Assembly (NCBI GenBank): GCA_000004985.1 | Contig: GG738899.1 | Origin: Naegleria gruberi | Lineage: Eukaryota | Length of the DNA stretch: 64,000 nt | Direction: 5' to 3' (one strand) | Shown: positions 41,539-51,455 of the stretch, in pieces | How the letters are laid out: the number at the start of each line of letters is the position of its first letter | Position numbering within the stretch: the stretch's first letter is position 1 | The notes under the pieces: model-generated | The model's input: only the letters and a program-made list of their open reading frames with translations | Told to the model about the DNA's origin: nothing | Database searches by the model: none | Translations under genes and position numbers: made by a program

Positions 41539-42369
41539 ATGAACAAGAAGTTATTTGGCTTGATAATAGTGGCCGCTTTGACACTATTCCTACTCACCAC
41601 CTTTGCAGTATGGATGGGTTTGTTGCTAGGTGAGAAATTATATGAACCTATAGAAACCAGCTATACAGAATATCTTAATACCACATGTTTGGTAAATCAG
41701 ATGAATTTGACCTCCACTAGTTGCTGCTCCAAATCATGTTCGCAATGTAGAGAATGTGATCGGTCTTTGTATCCATCATGCTATAATACCACCTTTTTGG
41801 ATGTTGTATTTCTTAATCAGTCATCTTCTCCTTGTTGTGATTCTTCTAAATGTTGTAAGAATTGTTGTGAAACATGTAAGAACTGTTGGTGGACAGGAAA
41901 ATATCAACAATGTTCTAGTTATGAATGCAATTGTAGATGTTGTTCATCTGTCAGCTCTAACTTATGTACCTATGAATGTAATCCATGCTGGAAAATTCAC
42001 ATAACATTCAGCTATTCAACAACTCAAAATGAAACTTTCTCACAGTACGAATATTTTACATGCTCTTCACAAACTTGTGTTGATGAAAAAACAAGCAATT
42101 ATGCTGTGAATAACACGGTGGTATGCTACTACAGTCCAATTAATCAATATCCATCACTATACAGGTCCTACAGTGAGACCACAACCACCAAGGATACTTA
42201 CAAGTTTGGAATTATGTATACCTTTGTAGCCTTATTTATTATTTCTTTAGTTGGTTTGATAATCACTATAATTGTGTTGCTTGTTAATTGTTTGAGAAAT
42301 GTGAGATATTCCAATCCAGTATTTAATGCTGGTCAAAATGAACTACGTTCGAATGAATCTACCCAGTAA
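41539..42369 (+). CDS. Cysteine-rich membrane protein (276 aa) with N-terminal and C-terminal TM segments and a CC/CxxC-dense ectodomain.
   Basis: TM LFGLIIVAALTLFLLTTFAVWMGLLLG near the N-terminus and TM FVALFIISLVGLIITIIVLLV near the C-terminus. The ectodomain has clusters such as CCSKSCSQCRECD, CCDSSKCCKNCCETCKNCWW, CNCRCCSS. Confidence 0.5.
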   Translation: MNKKLFGLIIVAALTLFLLTTFAVWMGLLLGEKLYEPIETSYTEYLNTTCLVNQMNLTSTSCCSKSCSQCRECDRSLYPSCYNTTFLDVVFLNQSSSPCCDSSKCCKNCCETCKNCWWTGKYQQCSSYECNCRCCSSVSSNLCTYECNPCWKIHITFSYSTTQNETFSQYEYFTCSSQTCVDEKTSNYAVNNTVVCYYSPINQYPSLYRSYSETTTTKDTYKFGIMYTFVALFIISLVGLIITIIVLLVNCLRNVRYSNPVFNAGQNELRSNESTQ

Positions 42370-42435
42370 ACTTATTTAATATCGTCGATTGCTTAAACGA
42401 GTTTCATATATAGACACTAAGGACATTAATGAGCA

Positions 42436-42508
42436 GCCCCGCTAGCTCAGTCGGTAGAGCGTTGGACTTTAAATCCAACGGTCGTGGGTTCGAGCCCCAC
42501 GTGGGGCG
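42436..42508 (+). tRNA. tRNA with anticodon UUA on a tRNA-Lys-like body; it would decode the UAA stop codon (ochre-suppressor-like).
   Basis: GCCCCGC-TA-GCTCAGTCGGTAGAGC-G-TTGGA CTTTAAA TCCAA-CGGTC-GTGGGTTCGAGCCCCAC-GTGGGGC-G. The anticodon stem is 5 bp and perfect, which fixes the loop as C-U-U-U-A-A-A: U33, anticodon 34-36 = UUA (42469-42471), A37. The D- and T-arms match the tRNA-Asn here and eukaryotic tRNA-Lys(UUU). One T to A change at position 36 relative to Lys-UUU would produce this anticodon. A TTTTTTT run follows. Confidence 0.7.
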
Positions 42509-42515
42509 GTTGTTA

Positions 42516-42522
42516 TTTTTTT
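42516..42522 (+). terminator. Pol III oligo(T) terminator downstream of the UUA-anticodon tRNA
   Basis: TTTTTTT begins 8 nt after the tRNA 3' end. Confidence 0.5.
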
Positions 42523-42831
42523 CATGAAGTTATCAAGGAATGCCGTTAAAAACACAACTTCCATATTTTATATTTTTTCTTTTGCTTCAATTAAGTAAAT
42601 CTTAAAGAACCCATTTTGATAATTTCATAGCAAGATTATCTCCTTCCAGCACTCAACCCCAATACATAACACAACACGTTAATATCAGCTTCCTTTACAA
42701 TACAAGTTCTCTCTTCAGTCAAGTAGAGTGTCTCCTCCACTGGAAAGTCTTTTTTAAACTTGTCAAATTATTGTCATCACTCATCAGGTTGTTCCCTTCC
42801 ACAAGTAAAAAAACATAAAAAATATTTAAAA

Positions 42832-43652
42832 ATGACCACAGGTAGGTTCGTTGCGAAATCTCAACATTCCGCTTACAAGAAATTTAATCAATATCACCTT
42901 TGATCATACTATACAATGAATCATGATTATTAATCTAATACTAATAATAACAATATTGTTGATATTTACGTTCTCTTTGGAACTTTACTACTATTGTATT
43001 GAATTTTCACCACCCTGTGTTTTACTGTGATGATATGAACAATAATAATAACAATAACAGGAAACGAAAGTATTGATCAAATCCTCAACAAGGATACTGA
43101 AGATGAATCTCTCAGAAAATACAAGGAACAATTGTTGGGAGCTGCTGCTAAAGGAATTCCAAAGACTGATGATCCTCGTCGTGTTGTTGTTGAAACTTTT
43201 GGATTGAGATTCCCTGATGGTGAACACCCAGACATTATTAGAGAAGTTGACACCAAGGAAAAGGTTGCTACTTTGGAAAACGAACCTATCAATATCAAGG
43301 AAGGTGTCAAGTATTTATTCATTGTTACTTATAGAGTACAACACGACATTGTCCCTGCTTTGCACTTTGTTAACACAATCAAGAAGACTATGGTCACTGT
43401 CGATCAACAAGTAAGTAATTCAAATTTTGAAACAAATTAGAAATTGAATTAATAATTATATAGAATACTATGATGGGAAGTTATGGTCCTCGTGCTGAAC
43501 CATACACCTACAAGTCACAACCACAATATGCTCCAAGTGGTATGTTGGCTCGTGGTTCTTTCAAGGCCAACACCAAGTTTGTTGATGATGATGGAAAATG
43601 TCACTTGGAAATGAACTACAGTTTGGTCATTAAGAAGGACTGGACTGATTAA
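42832..43652 (+). CDS. Rho GDP-dissociation inhibitor (RhoGDI), about 182 aa, three exons join(42832..42841,43061..43410,43464..43652).
   Basis: Exon 2-3 protein: DESLRKYKEQLLG ... then MMGSYGPRAEPYTYKSQPQYAPSGMLARGSFKANTKFVDDDGKCHLEMNYSLVIKKDWTD, which matches the RhoGDI C-terminal beta-sandwich signature (MVGSYGPR ... GMLARGSY ... IKKDW). Exon 1 is a 10-nt micro-exon ATGACCACAG with a GTAGGT donor. Intron 1 is 219 nt with a CAG acceptor at 43058-43060; intron 2 is 53 nt (GTAAGT at 43411, TAG acceptor at 43461-43463). All exons are phase-consistent with the track ORFs. Confidence 0.7.
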
Positions 43653-43708
43653 ACTGTAATAAAATGTAGAGATAGATGTATAGTAACAAATGATTTATTC
43701 TATTGCTG

Positions 43709-45199
43709 CTACTTTTTGGAGGTTGGTTGGATTTTGTTTTTCAATTCTCTAATATTATTCAATAATTTCTCTTGCTCCTTCAGTAAGGCATTGAAATCCT
43801 TCACATCTTTCTGAGATCTGTATGAGGAATCACTTAGGAAGCTATTCTGCTTACTAAAGGTATCTTTTGGAACTATTCTGGAGGAAGATTTCATTGTTTG
43901 GCTAGTGGAGGAAATGGTTTTTTGTTGAGGTTTAACAGTTTCGATTGATATGGAGCTTTTTGGCCTTTCGGCAAAACTTGAACTAGGTCTCTTACTTGAG
44001 TTTGTTGGGGTGGTTGATCTTCTTGTCAATGATGGCGTGGAAGGTCTTTTAATTTCTGGAATTGGTCGAGAGAGGATACTATCTTCTTTAAGGAAAGTTT
44101 CTCTCCTCTGTTTCTCATCTCTTATTGCTTTTGCTCTCATGTTCTTGCTCTCTTGAAGCTCCCTTCGCTTATCCTCAATCCTCTTCTTTCGTTTTTCTAC
44201 TTCCAGTGAGTTTTGCAATTGTGTTAATGTTAAAATCGGATTACTCTCGTAGAGAGGTTTCGTCACAACTCTTTCTGAACTAGTATACACTCTAGGTTTA
44301 GGGGGAACAATCCTTTTTGGAGGTGTCGATTCCCTTTTCACTCTATCTTCCAAATAACGTTGTCTCACTTTGAGTCTTTCCACTGTCTTTTCAATTTCCT
44401 TCTTGTCTTTAAGAGTAATTGAAGAAAGATCAGAAGGAGGAGTATAAATTGCTTCCTCTGAAATTGTCTTTGAAATTGGAGAAGCTGACCTCACTGACTT
44501 TGAGTTTGTAGGAGTGGTTGGCCTATTATGTTGTCCCAATAATTCATTTTCCAATTCCAAATCACGTTTAAACGATGGAGAAGATTTTGCTTTTGATTTG
44601 GAAGAACTCGAGGTATGATCTAATGAAAATCTACTAGCTGATGATCCAAATCCAAAACTACCATTCAATGATGACGATGTAGAATTTCTTACCAGAGTTG
44701 TGGTTGTATTTCCTTTAAGAAGGTTTGATCGTGAAGAAGAAAAGGAGCTTCGGAATGACGAATTTTCCTTAGGCTGGTGTTGAACAGTCGTACTTGTTCT
44801 AAATTCTGCGTTGGTTTTTAAAGGCTTTGATTTTGGTGGTGATAATTTTGTCAATTCATGTTGTTGATTAAAATTGAGTTCTTCATTCTCATCTTTTGAT
44901 TCCTCATCATTATAAGAATGTTCTATTAAAACAAGTTGATTAAATTCATCATCTGATTCTTCTTCTTGATCAGAATCTTGATGATTTTGAAAATGGAAAG
45001 AAGTGTTGGTTTGTATTCTTGAATTTTGATACTCGGAATTTTCCTCAATTTCAATTAAGGAACTACTAATGGTACTTCTTGGACTGCTATCACCAAGTGA
45101 GAGTACCTCTGCATTATTTAATGATAATTGTTCTTCTCGTATGCTCGGAGTTGATTGATTTTCCAAAACATTCATCAATACTGATGAAGCTGACAACAT
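43709..45199 (-). CDS. Ser-rich low-complexity protein with a basic, coiled-coil-prone C-terminal region (about 496 aa); hypothetical.
   Basis: Long ORF. The first ATG is at 45197-45199 (the track start is TTG). No domain recognised. Confidence 0.45.
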   Translation of the reverse strand: MLSASSVLMNVLENQSTPSIREEQLSLNNAEVLSLGDSSPRSTISSSLIEIEENSEYQNSRIQTNTSFHFQNHQDSDQEEESDDEFNQLVLIEHSYNDEESKDENEELNFNQQHELTKLSPPKSKPLKTNAEFRTSTTVQHQPKENSSFRSSFSSSRSNLLKGNTTTTLVRNSTSSSLNGSFGFGSSASRFSLDHTSSSSKSKAKSSPSFKRDLELENELLGQHNRPTTPTNSKSVRSASPISKTISEEAIYTPPSDLSSITLKDKKEIEKTVERLKVRQRYLEDRVKRESTPPKRIVPPKPRVYTSSERVVTKPLYESNPILTLTQLQNSLEVEKRKKRIEDKRRELQESKNMRAKAIRDEKQRRETFLKEDSILSRPIPEIKRPSTPSLTRRSTTPTNSSKRPSSSFAERPKSSISIETVKPQQKTISSTSQTMKSSSRIVPKDTFSKQNSFLSDSSYRSQKDVKDFNALLKEQEKLLNNIRELKNKIQPTSKK

Positions 45200-45511
45200 T
45201 TTCAATTAAATTCTCTGATTCCAACTCTGTTTTCTATTATTTTGTACAAGTTTATTATCTTTTAATCAATATAAAAACCTGCTTTATCTTTAAATTATTA
45301 CTCGAACTACAATTTTTTGTATTTTTTTATTAAGGAAGTTTCTTTGAATGGATTGAGTCATCAGATGGGTGGGGTTGTGGAGTTTAGTTTGCGACAACAT
45401 TGCAGAATTGTTGGTGGTTGAATTATTGGATGATTGCTGTTTTAACGGATTTCAAGTGACTTATTGGAGAGGGTTATTTACAAGAGGAGGGTAATCATGA
45501 GCTATCAGAAT

Positions 45512-47845
45512 TTACCATAATCCAAAGCTAAAGACGTCTCGGTTGAGTATAGATGATGAGGTGTTTTGATTTGAATCCTCTGGGGTGGGCGTGTCTTCAT
45601 CTACTTTGTGGATTCCAGAGAGAAAATCTTTTACACTATGAAGTGAGAGTGTTCTCCTGTTATTGTTTGATTTTTCTGATTCACTTGAGGAAGTGCTGCT
45701 ATCTTGTTGATGTTGTGAACGGTGGTCATCTTTGGAATCTTTGGTTCCAAGAAATATTCCTTTCACTGATTTACCAACACTCAGTAATTGTCTATGTATC
45801 TCAATAACTGGATGGATTTTTACACTCCTCTGTTGGCCAAATATATCTTTTTTGAGGTTTAGTAGAGTTCTCACAAGTTTTTCAGAGTCAGGTCTATCTT
45901 TAGGTTCTAGAGAGAGCATTGATATGATGAGATTGGCAAATCCTTCATGATATTTGCTACACCGTTTTCTGATCAGCCCGTGGAATTGTTGTTGATCTTT
46001 CATGGCCATAATGTATGGTGAAAAATTGAGGATTTCACATCCAACAAGCTCTAGAAAAACTATTCCCATTGACCATATATCAGAGGAGTAAATATAATTC
46101 ATGAATAAAGATGTAGGGGCTATTGGTTCCTTAGAATCCAACTCTGTTATATCTTTAACACCAATATGACACTCTGGTGATTGATATTTGATAGTACCTG
46201 CACTTGAGATTGTATCATTCAAATTTTTAGAGGTTAATGATCTCAAATTATAAATTAAACCAAAATCTCCAATTTTACATTCTTTGAATTTTGAACTGAG
46301 TAAAATGTTCTTTGGTTTTATATCTCTGTGAAGAAGCCCATTCAAATGAAGATGATTTAGACCGGCAGACATTTGAATCATCAGAGACAGCAGGTGAGCC
46401 TCTTGAATTGTTTGGCCTTGATCTTTGTGTCCATTAATGAATTGTTCTAAATCTCCATCATCCATGTATTCCATTACTAGACAGAGTGTAAATAGTGATG
46501 AGAATTCATTGTCTGATTTTGAAAAGTAAATGTCCTGTATAGATATTAATTGAGGATAGCTGATTTTTCTGATTGGCCAAAATTCAACGAGGGCATCATT
46601 TGCATTATTGATATCGTCACAATTAATTTTCTTAATACCAACTGTTACTCTATCGGATTTTCTTACAGCTTTGTACACTTTACCAAAAGATCCTCTTCCG
46701 ACTTCTTCCAGAATTTCATAATGACTCTCTTCATACAGATTTTCACTATTATTTTGTGGTAGATCAAAATTGCTGTCACATATGCTTGTCAGTTTTTCAG
46801 ATGATGGTTTCTTCTTAAGGCCGGATAATATGAACGAGTCATCAAATGAAATTGTTTCGTAATCATGTAAGCTCTCTAAAGAATTATTTGGTGATATGTG
46901 GTGCTTCACACCCTCGAATTTTTGTGGTAATATTAATTTCATTCCTATTGTAACAACTCCTGTTTTATCTTTACCTCGTTTCAGAGATAGTTCAATCATA
47001 TCCACAGATCTAGATCTAAAATCCATCAATCTGTTAATATCATACACAGCCTCTCCAATAAAGTTAACATGAGGTTTACATTTCATTATATAGTTGTGAA
47101 GCATTTCTGAAGTGGCAGAAATGTTATCCAATTGCATAGCAATTTGTGGTAGAATTTTCTTCGACTCCAACGATGAAGAATGTTCAAATACATAATGTGA
47201 TTCATTACTATTATTACTAGCTGAATTGCAAATGGTCATAACTTGTTGATATTCTGCCTCTGATAATTGGATTGGTAATATAACCTTCTCTCCTTTCCAT
47301 TTGAATGTAAATCCATCAGAGAGAGGTGATTTTCTAATTCGAGATGAATGGGCTACTACTTGTTTATATTCATCACCTAATAATTCTTCTTGTTCATCAC
47401 TTCTTTTTACACTAAATGTTAAACAAGTATCAAATATCGAAGCACTAAAGTATTGAGTAAAACTCAAATCACTTGCAAGTGTTACAGTTCCAATACTAAA
47501 TTCAATTCCAATATGATTCGGAGGTAAAATTAATGGTTGTTTGTTATTTTCCTCGATATCTTCTTCATCAGAATGATTATATTTATCACTAATTAAATTA
47601 TCATTTTCCGTAATTAAATTATGTAACATTTCACTAAATGATTTCCTTCTCGGATGTTCTTGTTGCTGTACTTTGAGAGTATTGTTATTATTATTCTGTA
47701 CATTTGATTTTTCCTTGTTTCGATCATTACTATTATTATTATTACTATCGGAAGATGATTGTGGTGGTGTAGTCGTTGGTGTTGGTGAGGAGGTTGATGA
47801 ACTCTTGTCCAATCCCATAAACGACCTGAATCCACCAAAGAACAT
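45512..47845 (-). CDS. Ser/Thr protein kinase (777 aa) with a long non-catalytic N-terminal region.
   Basis: Kinase subdomains: GRGSFGKVYKAV (Gly loop), VGIKKI (VAIK lysine), HRDIKPKNILL (catalytic loop), IGDFGLI (DFG), SDIWSMGIVFLEL. ATG at 47843-47845. Confidence 0.8.
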   Translation of the reverse strand: MFFGGFRSFMGLDKSSSTSSPTPTTTPPQSSSDSNNNNSNDRNKEKSNVQNNNNNTLKVQQQEHPRRKSFSEMLHNLITENDNLISDKYNHSDEEDIEENNKQPLILPPNHIGIEFSIGTVTLASDLSFTQYFSASIFDTCLTFSVKRSDEQEELLGDEYKQVVAHSSRIRKSPLSDGFTFKWKGEKVILPIQLSEAEYQQVMTICNSASNNSNESHYVFEHSSSLESKKILPQIAMQLDNISATSEMLHNYIMKCKPHVNFIGEAVYDINRLMDFRSRSVDMIELSLKRGKDKTGVVTIGMKLILPQKFEGVKHHISPNNSLESLHDYETISFDDSFILSGLKKKPSSEKLTSICDSNFDLPQNNSENLYEESHYEILEEVGRGSFGKVYKAVRKSDRVTVGIKKINCDDINNANDALVEFWPIRKISYPQLISIQDIYFSKSDNEFSSLFTLCLVMEYMDDGDLEQFINGHKDQGQTIQEAHLLSLMIQMSAGLNHLHLNGLLHRDIKPKNILLSSKFKECKIGDFGLIYNLRSLTSKNLNDTISSAGTIKYQSPECHIGVKDITELDSKEPIAPTSLFMNYIYSSDIWSMGIVFLELVGCEILNFSPYIMAMKDQQQFHGLIRKRCSKYHEGFANLIISMLSLEPKDRPDSEKLVRTLLNLKKDIFGQQRSVKIHPVIEIHRQLLSVGKSVKGIFLGTKDSKDDHRSQHQQDSSTSSSESEKSNNNRRTLSLHSVKDFLSGIHKVDEDTPTPEDSNQNTSSSILNRDVFSFGLW

Positions 47846-48051
47846 TTTTTATTCTTAAAATTAGCTGAGAAATGAACTTGTAGGTTTATCAGAAATGAAT
47901 TGGATGATCTTGTTTAAATTGGATATATTTCTCTATGCAGTTGATCGAAATGTTCAGGCAACGTTTTCAATTCAATATTGAAAATGAATTACAAAATTCT
48001 TTATTATTTATTGATAATTTATTGAGCCGAAAGTTAATGGTTTCGACTGCC

Positions 48052-48813
48052 TTAGTAGAAGAGTTTATTTGCAACAACATATTGTTCAGTGCTATTTGGT
48101 GCATATCCTAGATTACCTCCTTCGAATAAAATTTGGAAAGCAGCAATAGTTGCATCAAAATCAGAATTCAATTCTGAAACAACTTCATGAAATGAAATGC
48201 CTGGTTTCTTAGCAACAAGTTCATAGATAGACACTTCCAGAGTTTTTTGTTGTTGAACTTTTGGCACTTTCTTCCCTACAAGTGAACCATATTGAGAATG
48301 CAGAGATGCAACAATTACGTCCAATAAGTGAGTGGTAAATTCATTGATATCCATAATTAGTGATAAACCTGTACCAACAATATATCTTGTTCCAGTTCTA
48401 TTATCAATATTCAAAATACCATAAATTCTCAAAAAGAGTCCATTTTCAATAACACCACCACAAGCTTCAAACTTTTTCTCAGTATCAATTGCGTACAAAA
48501 TTACGCTCATCCTTCCTGTACCATCATCAAGGAATAAATTTAATTTTCGTTTCTCGGGTTCATTAGTAAATTTTACAATTTGTGCAACAAGAGTAACTTG
48601 TTCAATTCTTTTCTTCTTTGTCTTGCAGTCAATGACGAAATGATTGGTTTCTGGCATTTCGGCATGGATTAATTGTCTAATATTTACAGGTGTAATACCT
48701 CCTTTCTCGGAAGCACTTTCACTACTATTTACATGTGATGTGTTATGTACCATGGATTGATCTACATCTTCACCACCATGCACATCACTTCCTCTAAAAT
48801 CATGATCATCCAT
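48052..48813 (-). CDS. Replication protein A 32-kDa subunit (RPA2)-like protein (253 aa)
   Basis: OB-fold region ITPVNIRQLI ... VTLVAQIVKF ... LFLDDGTGRMSVILY and the characteristic DINEFTTHLLDVIVASL (compare RPA32 DMNEFTTHILEV). C-terminal winged-helix-like tail. ATG at 48811-48813. Confidence 0.7.
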   Translation of the reverse strand: MDDHDFRGSDVHGGEDVDQSMVHNTSHVNSSESASEKGGITPVNIRQLIHAEMPETNHFVIDCKTKKKRIEQVTLVAQIVKFTNEPEKRKLNLFLDDGTGRMSVILYAIDTEKKFEACGGVIENGLFLRIYGILNIDNRTGTRYIVGTGLSLIMDINEFTTHLLDVIVASLHSQYGSLVGKKVPKVQQQKTLEVSIYELVAKKPGISFHEVVSELNSDFDATIAAFQILFEGGNLGYAPNSTEQYVVANKLFY

Positions 48814-48977
48814 CTTGATTGCTGGGTATTTTTTTAAATATTTGATGTTCTAAATTTAATGTTTTTCTATTCTTCTAAAAAATAGAAACAAAATTTCTAG
48901 TTTTATCTGGAAGACAAAAAACTATTGATTCATTACAGAAAATATGTCAAGTTAAATTAATAGTAATTACAATTAGT

Positions 48978-49643
48978 TTAATTCTTCTTATGATGAGAAT
49001 CCTTTTCATATTCAAATTCAACCAATTCATTAGCACTGCAGTACATTTGAATAAAGTTCATCAATTGTTTACCAGCCCATGTTGGAACAAGAAGAGCCAA
49101 AGCAATAATCAACCAGAGTTGACTCAATTGATAGAAATGAATGGCATATAAAAAGACATAGAACAATTCATTACCAACACACAAAATAGCCATGAATGTC
49201 TTGTTAGTATAATATAAAGCCAATAAGTAACTTCTGTCCCAATCAACATCCTTGTGACTAGCAGTACCAATAACCAAACTGACATACATACGGAACCAAT
49301 GTGAAACAAAGTCCAAAATATTCAACAAGACAAAATATGGAGTATAATTTGGATAAAAGTTAGAAAGAATGGTAACAAGAGCAGCAGTACTGAAACGATC
49401 AGTGACCATATCTAAAACAGCTCCGAATCTAGAACATTGATTATAATGACGAGCAGCAATACCATCCAAACCATCCAAAACAAAACTTGTTGTATAGATA
49501 ACAATCACAGTTCCTGGATATGATTCATAAATAAAGAAAGATAAAAGTGAAAGGAAAACACGAAGATAACCAATCAAATTTGGAATATAAAAATAAATTT
49601 TGTAGGCCTCTGGGTTTCTTGGAGTAACTTTAGTAGCTGCCAT
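48978..49643 (-). CDS. CDP-alcohol phosphatidyltransferase, most likely phosphatidylinositol synthase (about 221 aa)
   Basis: Family signature DGLDGIAARHYNQCSRFGAVLDMVTDR (D-G-x2-A-R ... G-x3-D-x3-D), multiple TM helices, N-terminus YFYIPNLIGYLR typical of PIS. First ATG at 49641-49643 (MAATKV ...). Confidence 0.75.
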   Translation of the reverse strand: MAATKVTPRNPEAYKIYFYIPNLIGYLRVFLSLLSFFIYESYPGTVIVIYTTSFVLDGLDGIAARHYNQCSRFGAVLDMVTDRFSTAALVTILSNFYPNYTPYFVLLNILDFVSHWFRMYVSLVIGTASHKDVDWDRSYLLALYYTNKTFMAILCVGNELFYVFLYAIHFYQLSQLWLIIALALLVPTWAGKQLMNFIQMYCSANELVEFEYEKDSHHKKN

Positions 49644-50061
49644 CTCTTTCCGAATCAACAAATAAATAATAATAATACTAGAAAAATCCGTTGTTGGATG
49701 ATGAAAATATTTTTTCTTGTTGAAATTTTAAAAAATTCAAATCCAAATTTTTAAAAACAACGGAAAGTGAATCAAATTAGGCGAACAAAGCGGCACCGTT
49801 TTTTAACCCTAATATGTTGAACCAGCATTTAGATTAGGTTCAGTGTTCGTTTCGAATAGATTGGCTCAATTTCCAAGTTTACAATTTTACGGTATTGCTC
49901 TATCTCTTACCAAAAGGTTTTATTTATGAAATTAATGTCTATTTTACAGACATAAGAATATTATTTGTCTTTTATTGATTCGTTTTTCTAATAGAGGTTT
50001 CCACATTATTCGAAATGATTCACATTTAGAAGCACTGTCACTTGTCAACAATCCAAAAAAA

Positions 50062-51117
50062 ATGAGTTCAAAGGAAATGAAGATTGTCGTCGTTGGTGAC
50101 GGTGCTGTTGGTAGGTGTTATTTTTACCTAGAATTGGATTTGATAATTATTTCAATATATAGGCAAGACATGTTTACTATGGGTTTATGCTAATAACTCA
50201 TTCCCAGAGACTTATGTTCCAACTGGTAAGTCTTTCTTATATGATGATAAGATTCGAATAGAAGAATGATTAGTATTTGACAATTATAAAACAACAGTTT
50301 CGCTGGATGGTAGAACTGTAAAATTGGAATTATGGGATACTGGTATGTACACAAAGTTTTTTTGATCATTTTACGACGATGTAAATTATAGCTGGTCAGG
50401 AAGAGTAAGTTTTCGAATAGTGATGATGACGAGGAATATATATTTTTATTGTATTATTATTATAATGATCGGGTGATGAAACTCTCTTTTTGGAATCAAA
50501 TATTTGATCAACATGTTGATATGGTGATGAAACATTCATGATGATGGATTCTATTGTTATTATTGTTCTTATTATTATTATATTGGAAAAATAACTAAAG
50601 ATATGACCGTTTGCGTCCACTCTCATATCCTGGTACACAAGTTTTCTTGATTTGCTTTTCAACAGTTGATGAAACTAGTTATGCTAACATTAGGTAGGTT
50701 TTTTATAATGACAAGATGATGACAATAATCTTCTACTACTACTAAACTTTTATTATGATTCACATCAATAATAATAACATTTAAACAACAATTATTAACA
50801 CAATACTTTAATATAATGATACAAAAACAATTAGAACTAAATGGTATCCAGAAGTTAATCATCACTCTGATGGTGTTCCAATTGTTCTTGTTGGTACAAA
50901 AGTTGATTTACGTGAGATGGGTGACAAATCACAAGGAGGTGACAATATTTCACCACAATTGGGTGAAAAACTAAAGGCAGAAATTAAAGCTATCAAATAT
51001 GTTGAATGTTCTGCCAAGACACAACAAGGTGTTAAAATGGTCTTTGATGAAGCCATTAGAGCTGTTCTTTTCCCAAGAAGTGGATCTGGAAAGAAATCAG
51101 GATGTGAATTATTGTAA
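50062..51117 (+). CDS. Rac/Rho-family small GTPase (189 aa), six exons: join(50062..50110,50163..50225,50274..50342,50392..50404,50601..50693,50835..51117).
   Basis: Spliced product [122 protein letters not shown] ... [22 protein letters not shown] ... CELL (CAAX). Every intron is GT-AG (GTAGGT, GTAAGT, GTATGT donors; 52, 48, 49, 196, 141 nt). The exon phases sum to 570 nt. Confidence 0.85.
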
Positions 51118-51221
51118 ATTAATTTGCCTTTTTGTAGATAATTGCTATTGTAAAGCAATAATGAATTTTATATATTATATTTAGTATTTGTTTCAATAGG
51201 ATTGTAATTTTTGATAACCAT

Positions 51222-51455
51222 TTCAGAGAATATGTCTATTTCATCCCAATTTGAGTTTTCGACATTTTCTTCCTCTTGCAGTATCTTTGAAAGATTACTT
51301 TTGGAGGTTCTTCTTCTTCTTCTTGTGGTTCTGTATTCACTTGACTCTGTGAAGAAATCTTCTTCGTCATCGTGTTAATCTTCCATACTATCAAATCCAA
51401 GACTCTTCTTCTTTGGAGATGGCTGAGGTTGTTTTGAACAATTAAGTATGGATTT
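51222..51455 (-). repeat. Partial, internally deleted duplicate of the 3' end (C-terminal coding plus 3' flank) of the SCY1-like gene at 53452-56241.
   Basis: CCATTTCAGAGAATATGTCTATTTCATCCCAATTTGAGTTTTCGACATTTTCTTCCTCTTGCAGTATCTTTGAAAGATTAC ... TCTTCCATACTATCAAATCCAAGAC ... is near-identical to 53463-53560 and to 53780-53830, but with several internal deletions. The track ORFs 51236-51499 and 53601-53942 share RRRVLDLIVWK as alternative-frame artefacts of this repeat. Confidence 0.6.
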
